Shown here: one piece after another, positions 13,001-27,600 of the stretch | Numbering within the stretch: position 1 is the first letter of the stretch | Layout: each line of letters opens with the position of its first letter | Source of the DNA: Lingula anatina | Lineage: Eukaryota; Animalia; Brachiopoda | Reading direction: 5' to 3' | Length of the DNA: 64,000 bases | NCBI GenBank assembly: GCA_051362555.1 | Contig: CM120646.1 | Span: forward strand, 22,320,001-22,384,000 | Translations under genes and position numbers: made by a program | The notes under the pieces: model-generated | Told to the model about the DNA's origin: nothing | The model's database searches: none | The model's input: the letters and a program-made list of their open reading frames with translations, nothing else

Positions 13001-16000
13001 CTCACCTTATTCTAGTTATATCCAGTTGAACGAAGCCTGGGTAACCTGAGAAGAATTCCCTAAGCTGAAAAAGAAACAAAAAAAAAGGAAATTAAATTTT
13101 TCCAAAGCAAACGCAAGTGATTTTTATAATCAAAATAATTATTAAGAAACCATAACCCTACACTACAGAATAAACGTGAATGGTTTCAGATTAGGATATA
13201 ACGTTGTTGTGAATCTTAAATAATGCAGAAACAACGTATTACACATAATGTAATATTAATTCAAGAAAAAAACAAAGGATGACAGCATCATTATTGAAGT
13301 GTTGTACTAACCGTTCGCAGTAATATAGGATAGTCATCTGCACCCGGTGCATAGCGGGATGGGTCATATGTATTCTTAAACTTCATTGTCACTGAAACAA
13401 AATGTTATTGGGTGCATAAGTTACCATGCACAAACCCAGCAAGCACAGAACGTTTTATAACGTTACCATAACGTGGCCATAAGGTTTTTGGTAAAATTAA
13501 CGTTATGGTAACGTTATAATAACGACATATGTTTGCTGGGTAAGAGGCAAAACCGTCTGTCCACAATCACAACATTCTGATTATAAATATTTGTAAATAT
13601 ATTTTAAAGAAAGCTTAAACAAGAAAATACATTTAACTGTGATTTTCTAACTGTGCGAATCACGTACAATTATCCGCTTTCTCACACACGAATATACGGA
13701 GAGAGAGAGAGAGAGAGAGGAGGAGAGAGAGAGAGTGAGAGACCTTTGATATTTTGCAGCTGTTGACAGTTAATCCCATCTCCCACATAGCCGTCTTTGC
13801 AAGCACACGTGTAATTCCCTTCAGTGTTGGTACAATCGGCGTTAGAGCTGCAGTTGTTGATCGTCGTGCACTCATCAATGTCCGAGCACGTCTGACCGTT
13901 GCCAGAGAATCCAGGATCGCATTCGCACGTGTATGAACCAATGGTGTCCCTACACGTGGCGTTCGTGTGGCAAGGCGTCGTCGGCAAGGCGTGGCATTCG
14001 TCAACATTGGTACACGTTTGGCCATTACCGCTGTAGCCTTGTTTACATGCGCACGTGTAGGAACCAAATGTATTTGTGCACTGGGCGTTGGAGGCACAAT
14101 TGTTGGTTGTGTCACATTCGTTTATATCTGCAACAGGTAATGTAACACTACATGTACATCAATACAGCGTCTATTGAATAGCAAAAGCTAAACATCTTTT
14201 TATTACTGTAACCTTAAAGGTTAAGACAGTTTTGAAATTGTTACTCTTCTCAAATACTGTTATTCATTTTCTCAGTCACCAGTGTATATCAATATAAATA
14301 AGAGTGTACATGCGCGCATACACATACTGCGGTGCAATTACATTTGAAAGGGAGGCGAAACACTGGCTATACTGACCGTTACAAGTTCTCTGGTCACTCT
14401 GTTCCAGCAAGAACCCGCTATTACAGCTGCACGTGTAGCTACCGTCGTTGTTGTCACATGTGCTGGTGTTACTGTTACAGGAATCGGTACCCTCTGTACA
14501 TTCGTTGACATCTAGAATACAACATATGATGTTAATTTTTGGTAGATGTTATGTCAATATCGGTCATTGTCAAAATCGATGCTTGTGGGGGGTTGATTTT
14601 TTTACTACATGTAGTAACTTCATGCCTACCAGTATACTGCAGTAAGTGAATTATACTTCAAATAATAAATGATATGATCTACAACTGTATGGAACCAAGT
14701 TCAATTATTTCAGAGCAATGTTTTTCTCTAATCGTAGAAGTAAAAAATATACAGAGTTTGTAAACCATTGCTTTATTCACATAATAACTGTCCAGAAGAT
14801 AACAGCTTTATCCTGTAAATAGGTTTACACATAGGGCAGCGTTTTTCAGCGTTGATGAAACCGGGCTCAGAGGTCCCCAAACGTACATGAATTTTTTTTC
14901 AGAGGCGGATTTAGAGGGGGTCGGGGGGGGGGGTCCTTACGCCCTTCGGTTTCTAAAAAATCACACTAATATTCCCATCTTGGAATTAGAATATTGACTA
15001 GCTGATTTGTAGTACTAAACCGTACCAAATGGTACCGTTCGGCCTCTCAAATCCCCCACGTTAAACATTATTATTCATAGACATATATCCCAATTCTAAT
15101 GCTGAATACAACCAGGCACGACGCCTTCATCAGCCCACTCTAAAAACAACATTCTAGACCATTTTCCATAGGGTTTCACTGCTGGAAAGTGCAGCTCCTG
15201 TGAGTGACACAAAATATTAATATATGTCAAAAAATTCGCTCACCTATGCAGGTCTCATTGCCTTGCAGCTTGTAGCCACTGCGGCAGAAACACACGGGTG
15301 GACTCGCTGTAGCATTACACAAACTCTGGTTACAGTTCAGCCCGGCATCAATACAAACTTGGAGGGAAGCATTCGACACTGGAAATGTAGGATAGCAGAG
15401 GTGGTGAGAAATTGTGTGTGCTTGTTTCAAACAAAAGTGTTCATTAAATCTGAAGGTAAAGTAAAGTCTACAACAGTATATTTATATCAGAATTGTCAAC
15501 AATTTTAATGGCCTTTTTAAGCGTCCTTTTCAAATTCACCTTTGTTACATGTGTATCCATTGAGAGCCAATTGATAATCCGAGTTGAAGCAAGAACATCT
15601 GAAGCTCCCCACAGTGTTGGAACATACGTGGTCACAGTTGTCCGTCTGCAGCGAACACTCGTCTACGTCTAGAAAATTAAATTAGAACAATTTCGTACTG
15701 TCGTTGATGTTATCAAATGTTGATAACAGTTTATCCTCTGTCATTTAGATCTTTAAAAAATGTGTCCACTGTCCCTGAGCCCATGTATAATACAAGAATA
15801 TGCAAGTGACAAGGAATATGTACAATACACCAGTTTACTACTTGCTCTGAAACACGGTGATTAAAAAGATATAAAATTTCAGCAAAAGAAATGTAACCAA
15901 TTAGATTTTTGCCGTCCATTCTTTCTATGTTCCGGAGGTAATTTTACGCACGCACATACACGCGTGCGTACAAAGACACAAACGGCGCCCACACAGATAC

Positions 16001-16101
16001 AAGAGAACACAGTCCTCGTTGGGTCAATACGCCATATTATTATTGTAAGCATGTTTCAGCCGATGTGATCAAGTTCGAGGGGACGTGCTTTGTGTGTCTG
16101 C

Positions 16102-16132
<31 letters not shown>

Positions 16133-19100
16133 CTTACCGGTACAATGTGTTGAGTTGGACAGAGTGTATCCGTCATTACAGCGGCAGGAAAAGCTGCCCA
16201 GGGTGTTAACACAGAGCTGCTCACAGTTGTCCGTGCCATCATTACACTCGTTGATATCTGCAATGTACAGAACACCATAGCCACCATATATTTAGTACTG
16301 GACGAAGTAATGAAACAACGATAAGGCCCGTAGCCAGGGGGGTGGGGAAAGTTCCGCTCTGGGCAAAATTGAACAAAGGTTGAAGGTTTGAAAGGTCCAC
16401 TTAAAAAAAGGCCCATCCCTTTGAAAATACTGGATATGGGCCTGCTGATAAATCAGTAGATGCACCTCCTGTACTCTCTCTTGGCTTATTGTTGATTATA
16501 ACTTTTAAATTATAAACTCCAAAGGGATAGCAATCCTCACCTCACTAAAAACAAAATAATGTTGGTTCTAAAGGTATTGTATATACGATCACTTACCAAT
16601 GCACTGCTGGTTTGTATCCATGATATATCCAGGGAGACAGGAGCAGTCATATGACCCGACTGTGTTATTGCACCTCGAGTTACTACCGCATATCGTTGCA
16701 TTCAGCGCGCACTCGTCGATGTCCGTATTGCAGCCAAGTCCTTCGTAACCGGGGACACAGTCGGTACAACCCACTACGCTGTCACAGCGCCGGGAACGGA
16801 CGCCACAGTCGCAGAGGTTGGCGCAGTTCGGGCCCCAGTGGGTGCTGTCACACGCTGGAATATTTGATTACACACATTAATATTTATTTGATAGCAAAGG
16901 ATAGAAATGATGAGCGAGATATCACATTAACCTTAAAATATATGACATATAAAATCAAATCGCCGGGGTCTTCATGTCCGGTTAAGATGTTCGCTTAAGA
17001 TAATCTACACATATTCACCTCTGCACGTTCTCAAGTCAGAGGCAAGTGAAAACCCGACTGGGCATGCGCAGGAGTACCCTCCCTGAGTGTTCTGACACGT
17101 TGTGTTCGGATTACACTGGTTGTCAGTGATGCATTCGTCGATATCTGGATAAGAAAAAAAATCATAAAATGGATAATATCACAAGAGGATTGTTTGTCAC
17201 AACACCAGGTTCTGGAAAAAACGTTACTGCTCAACTTCTACCAGTTTGATACTAAGCAATAGATTTAACGTAAAATGATTTTAGACAGTAATCACTTTTA
17301 ATTACTAAATTTATCTGTGCAGTTTTGGACATTCCATAGAAATAAACATGATACGACTTTATCGTGAGAAAGCGACATCGTACTTTCTCCTCAAGTCAAA
17401 CATTCATATATTTGATGTTGTTTTAGTATAATTTTTAAACATATCAATAAAATTAAAAGAAAATAAAACAGTGAAAGCCATTTATATTTAAGTCAATAGC
17501 TTCTTTGGATAATCTGTAAGTGAATAGAACGACCCAAGGGGTTCAACATCTAACTACACCTTTGTATGGATGATATAATCAAACGAATCCAATTCTATTA
17601 ATAACAGTAACAAAAATTAACCGCGAGTAACATATACCCGAATGAATTAAGACCATATTCTTACACCCATGACATAGGTATATTTCTCTTGTTATTCGTC
17701 ATAATACATGATAAGAGCTTAATAATTACCGTCACACGTGATGCCGTCATCCACCAGAGTGTAACCAGGGGGGCAGAAGCAAGCTGCGGCGCCATTGTTG
17801 TTGTAACAGGAGGCTGGAGACACACACGGGCTGCTGGCACACACCGCCGCATCTATTAATAAGAAAAACGTAGATATAAATTTTAACGAGATTTAGGATT
17901 TGCAGCTCGATGGAGTCATCATATTTAAAAAAATGAATGCTAACGATTGGCAGTTTTGAGAACAATGCATTGGACGTTCACCAAGCATTTGTGCTATAAA
18001 GTAAAACAATAAGAAAGGTTTAATCGTTGAGAGTTAAGTATAAACGCCCTTCAACCAAAGTCGAAAAATAAGCACAAGGCTGGACTTGACGCAAAAAAAG
18101 AATGACTTCATTATTTGCAGAATGTTGGTATGTACATCTCGGTTTGCTTTTCGGGAAACGTAATAAATATTTCGTTTTAAACAATTTGTGATACGCTTAT
18201 CTTCCCATTAGTGTTTATATACCACAATGGCCTAAAACGATGTAAAACGTATGGTACGCTATGGTCGAGCATTTTACCTGCTCATTTGTCTGTCTACGTA
18301 TCCTTTGTCTCGATCAATTAGACAATTCTTGTTAAATTCAGTAAAATGCATTGATCCACATTGGCTATACCTACAGTAATGTATACAAACCTGTCAATGT
18401 GCAAGATTTCCCATTTGCAGTATAGCCATTGCGACAAGAGCAAGAGAAGTTCCCAATGGTATTGGTACAGAGCTGCTCACAGCCATCTGTTCTAGCGGCA
18501 CACTCGTCAAAATCTGAAAGACAAACACGGTGATGAGAACCCGAGGAATTATTTTTCGAGGTATAGCGTTATTCTGATACATATTCATTTTCCCTAAATA
18601 TTCTGATACTTCTACCCACACAGATGCACACCCCACAAATACACATAACGCCATGACTTTAAGCTATGGTGTGTAATGTGAAACTCTGAAAATAAGGTAT
18701 CAATACATTAAAACTAATCAGATAAAAAAAATGTCCCTACCGACACAGGTCCTTGGGTCTGTGTTTTTGTACCCAGTGTCACATTCACAAGTATACGAGC
18801 CTTCTGTGTTCACACATCTGGAGATGGACGCATTGCAGGCATTGTTGCTCTCATTCAGGCATTCGTCGATATCTACGATGAAATAATGTAGTGTTATCTT
18901 AGTGTTCTTTGGACGTTTAACGTACCAGTTCAAATACAGTTCTCCTAAAGGTATTGTATTGAAATAATATGGTCTTATAGGAGAAAAAAGTTTGTAGATG
19001 TAAATACTTTCATTAATGATAACCATAATGTTTGGTGTGTGTGTGTGTCTGTGTGCGTGTGCGTAAGTGCGTGCGTGTCCGCGTTTGCGTGCCACATAAT

Positions 19101-21660
19101 CCAGATCTGGTATCCGGTCAATTGAAATCCATTCAGTGTGTAAGGTCCAGCATTGAGGAAACACATTAACATGTGCACATGCATGCAAGAACGAGTGTAT
19201 GCACAAACGCAAACACTCGTATCTAGCTGACAACATGTGTGTACCTTTGCATTTCGCCCCCACAGTTTCATAGTTGGGTGGACACGTGCAATTGAAGCTT
19301 CTGTTCAGTGCCACTTCCTCCGCAGGTGCGAGGTCAGTACAGGTTGCTATGGCGGGACAAGGTTGCGCAGCACAGCCATCTACTTGTCGTTCACAGTCGT
19401 TTCCTGAAAACGAGACCACATTGGATTACGCATGCTTGTTTGATTTTCAAATATTACCACCACTACCAACCGTCTAGCCAAAGCCTCAATAGCACAGCTT
19501 CAAGAACAGAAACCTTGCAATTGAAACATAACACCATGGACAAAAAATGGTTATTTTTCCAATGACAATACACAGATGCATCAGTCTTACCTGTGTAGCC
19601 CGTGTCACATGAGCACTCCACCAGCCGAACACTGGAGTCGATGAGTTGACCTGGTCGCAGCTGGTCAAACAAACACGTGCCATTACCGCTGCAACCAGAA
19701 CAGAGGTTAGCCGTCCACGTGACCGTGGTGGATCCTCCCCTTGTGTCTGTCAGGGTTACCCTGGTGACAGAAAAATACACATAGACGCACATCATGAGAC
19801 ATGTAGAACATTGTGTGGGAAAACCGGGAGCCTTCCTCATTCAGGAGTCCAAAATGACTTTACTTGTAAAAAATTAAAATCATTTCACAGTTTTTAGGAA
19901 TGATTTGATGATAAAACTAAATCGCTCTACTTGTTTAAGAACGTTTGGCATTGTAAGTAACTAACCCGATTGATTGTGTTACGCTGACGCTCGCCAGATT
20001 GATACTAATTGTCACAGATTCACTGGATGCCGCAATTTTTACGCCAGTGATGTTATTAGCTATACTTGGCGTCACAGTGTCACCGCTATCAGGATCCGTG
20101 AAACTGACGGTGTAATTTCTCGCCTGGTTGAGTGTTAGCTGTAGAGGCGTCGACACATTAGACGTGAATCTCGGGCTCTGGTTTTCTGGAAACCGAAAAA
20201 AAAAACGATTACGGAGTCTGGGCGACCTGCATGACCAAATGATCAACATATCCTGGGTGGAATGGTAATGATCAGAGATAAACGAAAAGAGGTTTTTTTT
20301 TAATTTTCAATACACTTCCTGTCATCTGTGGAGTGCGTTGTATCGCTTACGGCAATTACGTGTCCAGAAGGCCCGGCATGTCCAATCACCCCTGCCATTT
20401 CTCTACACTTCATTTCTAACGGCATATGTGCCTCTGTTTTGTGAATATAGGCCCAATGAAGACTCATTTTATAATATAAACCTACATGCAAAAACTGGTA
20501 ACAGCAAGTGATGGGTTTATGTTATTAAAATAATTGTCCAACATATCCAGAAACCAGAGGTGCCTATACCATTGGGAATACAATCAAAGGTAATTATAAT
20601 ACCAATGCACGCACCTGCTTCAGAACTACTTGACTCGCTCTCATTGTTGAACATCTTGGTGCCCTCGGCCAGCGCCTCGTCTCCCGTGACCACGAAGTCA
20701 TATATGCACTGCTTATCACCGCCACATATACTAACTGCAGTGCGATACTTGTCAGGATATGTGCTGTTCAGATCTTCCGTGAATGTTGGCATGAACACAG
20801 TGTTTGTAAAGTTGGCTGTTGAATACCCGGACCCGTAGTAGAATATAGATTCCCCATCAGTGATTCGCCCTGTAAAATGACATGATAATAAGCTCCAGAT
20901 ATCAATGCAACTCAATGACTTGTTCTGCGTTCACCGAAATTGTCAATTTGCTATATGGTTAGAATTTGGGCTAATTTATTGTATAATTGTATAAAATGTC
21001 AATTTGCTATATGGTCAGAATATAGGCTTATTTATTGTATAATATTTATTCTGCTACAGCATATAGAAAAAAAAACGTGTTCCTTGTGAATATAAATATA
21101 CACACTGTAGACTTACCATGTGGTATACAATAGATTCACCAATGATCCAGCCAAAATCATATGATGCTTTACGTAACTATGACTGTGTTTTTTATTTCCG
21201 TCTTGTTGACAAAAAAAATAAAGGTGTGTAAATTAAAACAAAAAGAAAAATACACAAACAAAATATTTAAAAGATAAAAAACTCACAAGATTCCCCAAAG
21301 CTGTAGAATATTTCTCTGTCGTTGGCATCGCTTGGGAGCACGGTACCATTTTCAAGCATGAGATCATTTGTACTATTTCCATCAAAGTTCCCCATTAGTC
21401 CACGGATCTGGTTCATGTTTTCTGGGGGGATCACCACGGCGAACAAGAGAAGCTCTCTTCCTTTAGTGACATTCAAGGTTACTCCTGAAGACAATCACAC
21501 GCAAGATATGTTACTTTATGAATCAAGAAAAATCGCAATGGTAATCTAGGAGTGATATTTTATGACATATTTTGTACATTTTTGAGTAAGTCCGAGTGGT
21601 GATTTGTGAATTGAAGAATACCCTGACCTTAATAGATTTGAGTCTACTGAGCACTTGGAA

Positions 21661-21691
<31 letters not shown>

Positions 21692-24600
21692 TGTTTTTCT
21701 TACCGGAACCAAACGTGGCAATCAGTGTTTTAGACGTATCGTTGTACTCCACTTCTAAGTTGGTATAGCTTGCGCTTCCTGACTGCAGCAGAACAGGCGA
21801 GATAAGGTCACTTCCAACATAGACTGCAATATCTATAAAATGTGATATAGAAAACGATTTACTAGAATACAAGAAAACCCCACATACACTTTACAATGCA
21901 TACTATTACATTCCAAAGTCAACCAACTTTCTCTGACGCTGGAATCGTCTTTATTTCTTTACAAAGCATCTGAGCTAAGATGCTTATTCCTGCGAACAGA
22001 TAATTTAAAATAGTCATTTTACTTATTTTATAGGCTTATCACATTTTACCTTGTTTGTCTTGTGTCAACTGTACATGTAAGCGGTCAGAAGTGTTGTCCT
22101 TGGCGGCAAAGGCACTGAACACAGTAGCATTACCTCCAGTGCCGTTCACCGAAATCGGTTCCAAACGGGTCTAAAATAAATAAAGATGGTGGTTTATGCT
22201 TATGACTGCCTAGTGTTTTTTTTTTTTTTTTTTTTTTTTTTGGGGGGGGGGTCTGTCCAAGTAAGATACGCCTAATTGAGTTGTGTTACTTTCAAAGCAA
22301 TGTCGAAAAGTCAAGTACAAGAATCAATGTATATTTAACTAGAGGATCAGAGAGGCGATACCGCCTCCGAATATTGTACCACCAGCTGGAGCAAGCGCAT
22401 TCGTATAGACCCCCACATACACAAAATAAGGGACACAGCCACCAGTTTTGTGCTTGACAAGCTGTAAAAATGCAATCAACAAGAATTTTTAAACTATTGC
22501 AAAAAATATATATGGTACAATCAAATTTAAGTTCTTCGTAAGGTAGGTCAAGGGTCAATTTCAAGGTCACAGTAAATTGCCAGTATATGACTTCCTATTC
22601 AAGTTCAAGAGTAACTATGGACCTATCTCTGTCAAGTTTGAAGTTAAAAGAGAAAGAAATTAGCAGAGTTCAGTTCATGATAAAAAGTAGGTCAAAGGTC
22701 AATTTCAAGGTCACATTTAGATTGCCAGTATATGACTTTCTATTCAAGTTCAATAGTAACTATAGACCTATCTCTGCCAGTTTTGGAGATAAAGGGGAAG
22801 CAAAATTTGCAAAGTTCAGTTTATGGTGAAAAGTAGGACAAAGGTCAATTTTAATGTCACATTTATAATGCCAGTATATGACTTCCTATTCAAGTTCAAT
22901 AGTAACTATGGACCTATCTCTGCCAGTTTTGGAGATAAAAGGGAAGCAAAATTTGCAAAGTTCAGTTCATGGTGAAAAGTAGGTCAAAGGTCAATTTCAA
23001 GGTCACATTTAGATTGCCAGTATATGACTTCCTATTCAAGTTCAATAGTAACTATGGACCTATCTCTGCCAGTTTTGGAGATAAAAGGAAAGCAAAATTT
23101 GCAAAATTCAGTTCATGGTGTAAAGTAGGTCAAAGGTCAATTTTAAGGTCACATTTAGATTGCCAGTATATGACTTCCTATTCAAGTTCAATAGTAACTA
23201 TGGACCTATCTCTGCCAATTTTGGAGTTAAAAGGGAAGCAAATTTTGCAAAGTTCAGTTTATGGTGAAAAGTAGGTCAAAGGTCAATTTCAAGGTCACAT
23301 TTAGATTGCCAGTATATGACTTCCTATTCAAGTTCAATAGTAACTATGGACCTATCTCTGCCAGTTTTGGAGATAAAAGGGAAGCAAATTTTGCAAAGTT
23401 CAGTTTATGGTGAAAAGTAGGTCAAAGGTCAATTTCAAGGTCACATTTAGATTGCCAGTATATGACTTCCTATTCAAGTTCAATAGTAACTATGGACCTA
23501 TCTCTGCCAGTTTTGGAGATAAAAGGGAAGAAAAATTTGCAAAGTTCAGTTCATGGTGAAAAGTAGGTCAAAGGTCACTTTCAAGGTCATAGGAAGATTG
23601 CCAGTATATGACTTCCTATTCAACTTCAATAGTAACTATGGACCTATCTCTGCCAGTTTTGGAGATAAAAGGGAAGCAAATTTTGCAAAGTTCAGTTTAT
23701 GGTGAAAAGTAGGTCAAAGGTCAATTTTAAGGTCACATTTAGATTGCCAGTATATGACTTCCTATTCAAGTTCAATAGTAACTATGGACCTATCTCTGCC
23801 AGTTTTGGAGATAAAAGGGAAGAAAAATTTGCAAAGTTCAGTTCATGGTGAAAAGTAGGTCAAAGGTCACTTTCAAGGTCATAGGAAGATTGCCAGTATA
23901 TGACTTCCTATTCAACTTCAATAGTAACTATGGACCTATCTCTGCCAGTTTTGGAGATATAAGGGACTAAATGTTATAATTTTGGAGTTACCATAATGTG
24001 CCTTAAATTTCGTACAGAAAAAATTAATTAAAATAAAGAAAATGTCATTTTGGTCAAAATTCTTGAAATAGGAGGTGCTCTGAAGTTTCAGAAGTTCAAA
24101 TTTGATGAAATAATGTCATTTTTGAACACAAGTTGTCTGCTTTGCCAAGCCTTATGTTTTATTTTTCCAGAGTTCAAAATTTATTATCCATTACCGTACT
24201 GCACATTTTGCTTTTACCACTAATATGTACTTTTTGATACAGCGTAACTCGAAAACCGTATGGAATACAAAAAAACCGAGACCACCTTCAGTGTTGGGCT
24301 TTACATGCTCTACAAAATGCAAAAAAGAATGGGTCTCTAGCATTAACGGTTCCCGAATTAGAGACAGTTTTCAGTTTCGGTATCTTATGGCCGCTACTCC
24401 CGTGAAAATGCACCGATTGACCCCAAATTCATGGAGATGAAAGATGACCTGAAGGGTAACACTTTCCACTAATATTATTGGTTAAGTCTGTGTGGTGTCT
24501 GAAAAACAGGGCAAAAAATTTTTTTTTCGTAAAAAATTTCATTTTTTTGAAAATTTTGGCCCATTTGACCTTGAAGTAAAGGTCAAAGGTCAAATCCAAG

Positions 24601-27600
24601 GGTATATTTGAAATCTACACATATGACTTTTGGAAAGCTGTCTATAGAAATTTTTCCCATAACTCCTTCCGTAGGGTAGATAATTAGCATTTAATTTTGC
24701 CATTTTTAGACAAGGGTGCATTGCAATGAGTGCCACACCCAGACCCCAATACCGACAAAGCCCAAATTTTACGTGGAACGAGTTGAGATTATAGGTGACC
24801 TAAATCCATGAGATGGGTACGGGGGCCCTTACCGTCTAGGAGGAGAAGCGGTAACGGTAGCCGTCCGGCGGAGCCGGCGGAGCCAACGGAGCCGGCGGAG
24901 CCGGCGGAGCCGGCGGAACGATCCGGACGGGACCGAAACCATGTGTACCGCCAGCGCTAACGCTGGTGGTACAATTAATTTCAATCAGTGAAAACCTTCT
25001 TCAATTAGACGAAGATGAAACATATGATACACTAATCTCAACTGAAACTAGAGAATCACCCTTTTGAGAATAAGGACACCATATGCATGTACTCTATGTC
25101 CAATTTTTCGTATATGGATGCATCCCATTAAAACGAAGTTTAAGATAGTAAGTCCGAGTGGTGATTTGTGAATTGAAGAATACCCTGACCTTAATAGATG
25201 TGAGTCTACTGAGCACTTGGAATTTAAAAGAGAGAGAGAGAGAGAGTAAGTAAGTAAGTAAGCAAATGTATACAGCACAGTTTCTTTTATGATGCGTACC
25301 TGCATAATGAAAGCACCATTCTTGATGTCTACCAGCTTGTATTCTCCGTGACCATTGAACGTATATTTAAACCCATCCAATGTGGTAAAATGGGGGTCCC
25401 CGTTGAACCAAGCTAGAAAAAAATATATTGCAGTTGAAACTGTTTGAATGTCAAATACCATGATGTGTACAGGGTTTTAAAAAAAACCGTAATAAGACAA
25501 CGAATCTTATTATTTGGACTGCGTATATCATCTTAACGAATACTATATCAAATATAAACTTATCTCTGCTTTTCTGTTTTTGAACAATTCAACAACTCCA
25601 TTTCGAGTAATTGTATCTTAAATGTGGACTACTATTTTTAAAAAAATACATGAAAGGCCGCTCACCCCAAATCAATGGTCTGTATCCGAAGCAGGTGTCT
25701 ATGGGGCGATGCCGGAAGTATGTTTGGCAGTTGTCAGAAAGCCCACAGCACTGCTGTTTTGGTACATACTCATTAGAGAGGTACCTGGACCGCGAGGAGC
25801 GCTCGTGATATAGTTGCAAGGACCCTGCTGTGACGGTATTATCAGCCGTGATCAGCGACCATGACCAGAGGTTATAACAACATTCCTGAATAAAGAACAA
25901 CAACATTCCTTTCTAAAGTTATATATGCATATGGCTGTGGCCCTTAACGTATACGCCGTTGTCTAAGGTACAGACCAGCTTTATCCATTCTGCAGCATTT
26001 AAATCCTACAGAAAAAAATCATTTGAACTATTTAATAATACCTATACTCAAACCGTATCAAACATGTGTACATATTCGTAGTACATATACGTGCTGAATA
26101 CATGGCCTAAGTTAAAAAAACAGCCATGACTAGCTCCAGTATGGTAAGTCTTATTACAGACATGATCAGAAGTGTTGTATCTCACCCGTCCTGCACGGTA
26201 TCCATTGATCCGCGACGACCACCGGGTTACATAACACCACGTGTTCCTATAGGCTAAAATATAATATAAACAGTTTTACAGCAACGTGTCCGGATATGAA
26301 ATTGTTCTTCCTATCTTCGGTCTTTTTTTTCACTGAGGTAAATTTAGACTTGCACAGTTTGTACCACTATTATAATAATGTTGCTCATTCTGATAAACTC
26401 AATCTGACGAATAGTTCGAACATCTCAGTTTATATATAGTAGCAGATGATGCATGGGCAATGGGTTAAACTTAAATAAATAAAGTCGCCGTTATAATCAT
26501 TTTAAAATTATGGTGCCTATACTTGATATGCACTATCAAGACAGCTTAACAGATGAATAGAGATAGTCTGTAGCAGAGTTTGTTTTGATCCAACCGTAGC
26601 AAACAAGATATATTTTTTTTAAATCATGGTACAGATCACATCAAGACAGGCCACAACTATTACAGATCAACACCATGTTTTTAAACTGTGTTTGGTATAA
26701 TTATACTCCATTTAAATAGGTACTTACCTGGATCCCTTCTCCAAGCAAACCGGAATCTGCGGTCAAACAACGCGCCAATCAAAGAACAGGGGCATGGTTG
26801 AACGTTGGCATTGATGAAGGATATTGTGCTCATTGGGATTTCCTGTTGACGGAGAGCCCATTCGTTACACTGACAGCCGTAATTCGGGAAGGACGCCGGT
26901 ACCGAGTTCAGCTGGAACCACCATTCCCCTCTTACACCTGAAACAGACGCAAACGTTCAGCTGTTAAGGCTACATGTACATATATATACGACTGTACTTT
27001 GACAGCGACGGACATATGGAACCTAGCAAGTTGTTGCTACGATACGCTTTTGAAAGTTCAATAAAATATTACACAAAAACTAGTATGTCAAACTGGGGCA
27101 CAAGAAGGCCCTATATGTAACCCGTAACTTTGCAATCATACACATGATCTAATACTCAAAGGAAACCTTGGAATTGTATGGAAACGTTGATGCTGTCTGA
27201 CTTTGACAATACTATAATGGGTTTACACATACACTTTTGTTTTAACGACAAATGGACAGGAAGTGAGGAAGTGAATGTGTCCAATATCCTTTCAACCAAT
27301 TTCCCACATCATACCTCTGTTTCCAACGACATTATCTACCGTTGCCATGGCGTCAGTTCCTGAGATATACGGCTCGTAGAAATAACTAGCACCGTCAGTG
27401 TAACCAAGTCTTGCCCGCGTATATTTGGACGTTGGGGTAATGTGTATTCCGCCGGTTTTATACGCGATATATGCATATGACTGGACACAGTCTGTGATCA
27501 GAACTGCTTGGAATGTCACGTTCTATAAATATGAGAAAATATAGACGGTGATTGGATTACGCTCAAAAAGCATTACATACGTGTTATTTCCAGTATTCAC

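Noticed and set aside
22540-23965. Regular array as a possible CRISPR
   Set aside because: Head-to-tail near-identical monomers with no unique spacers, in a eukaryotic intron, with no cas genes.
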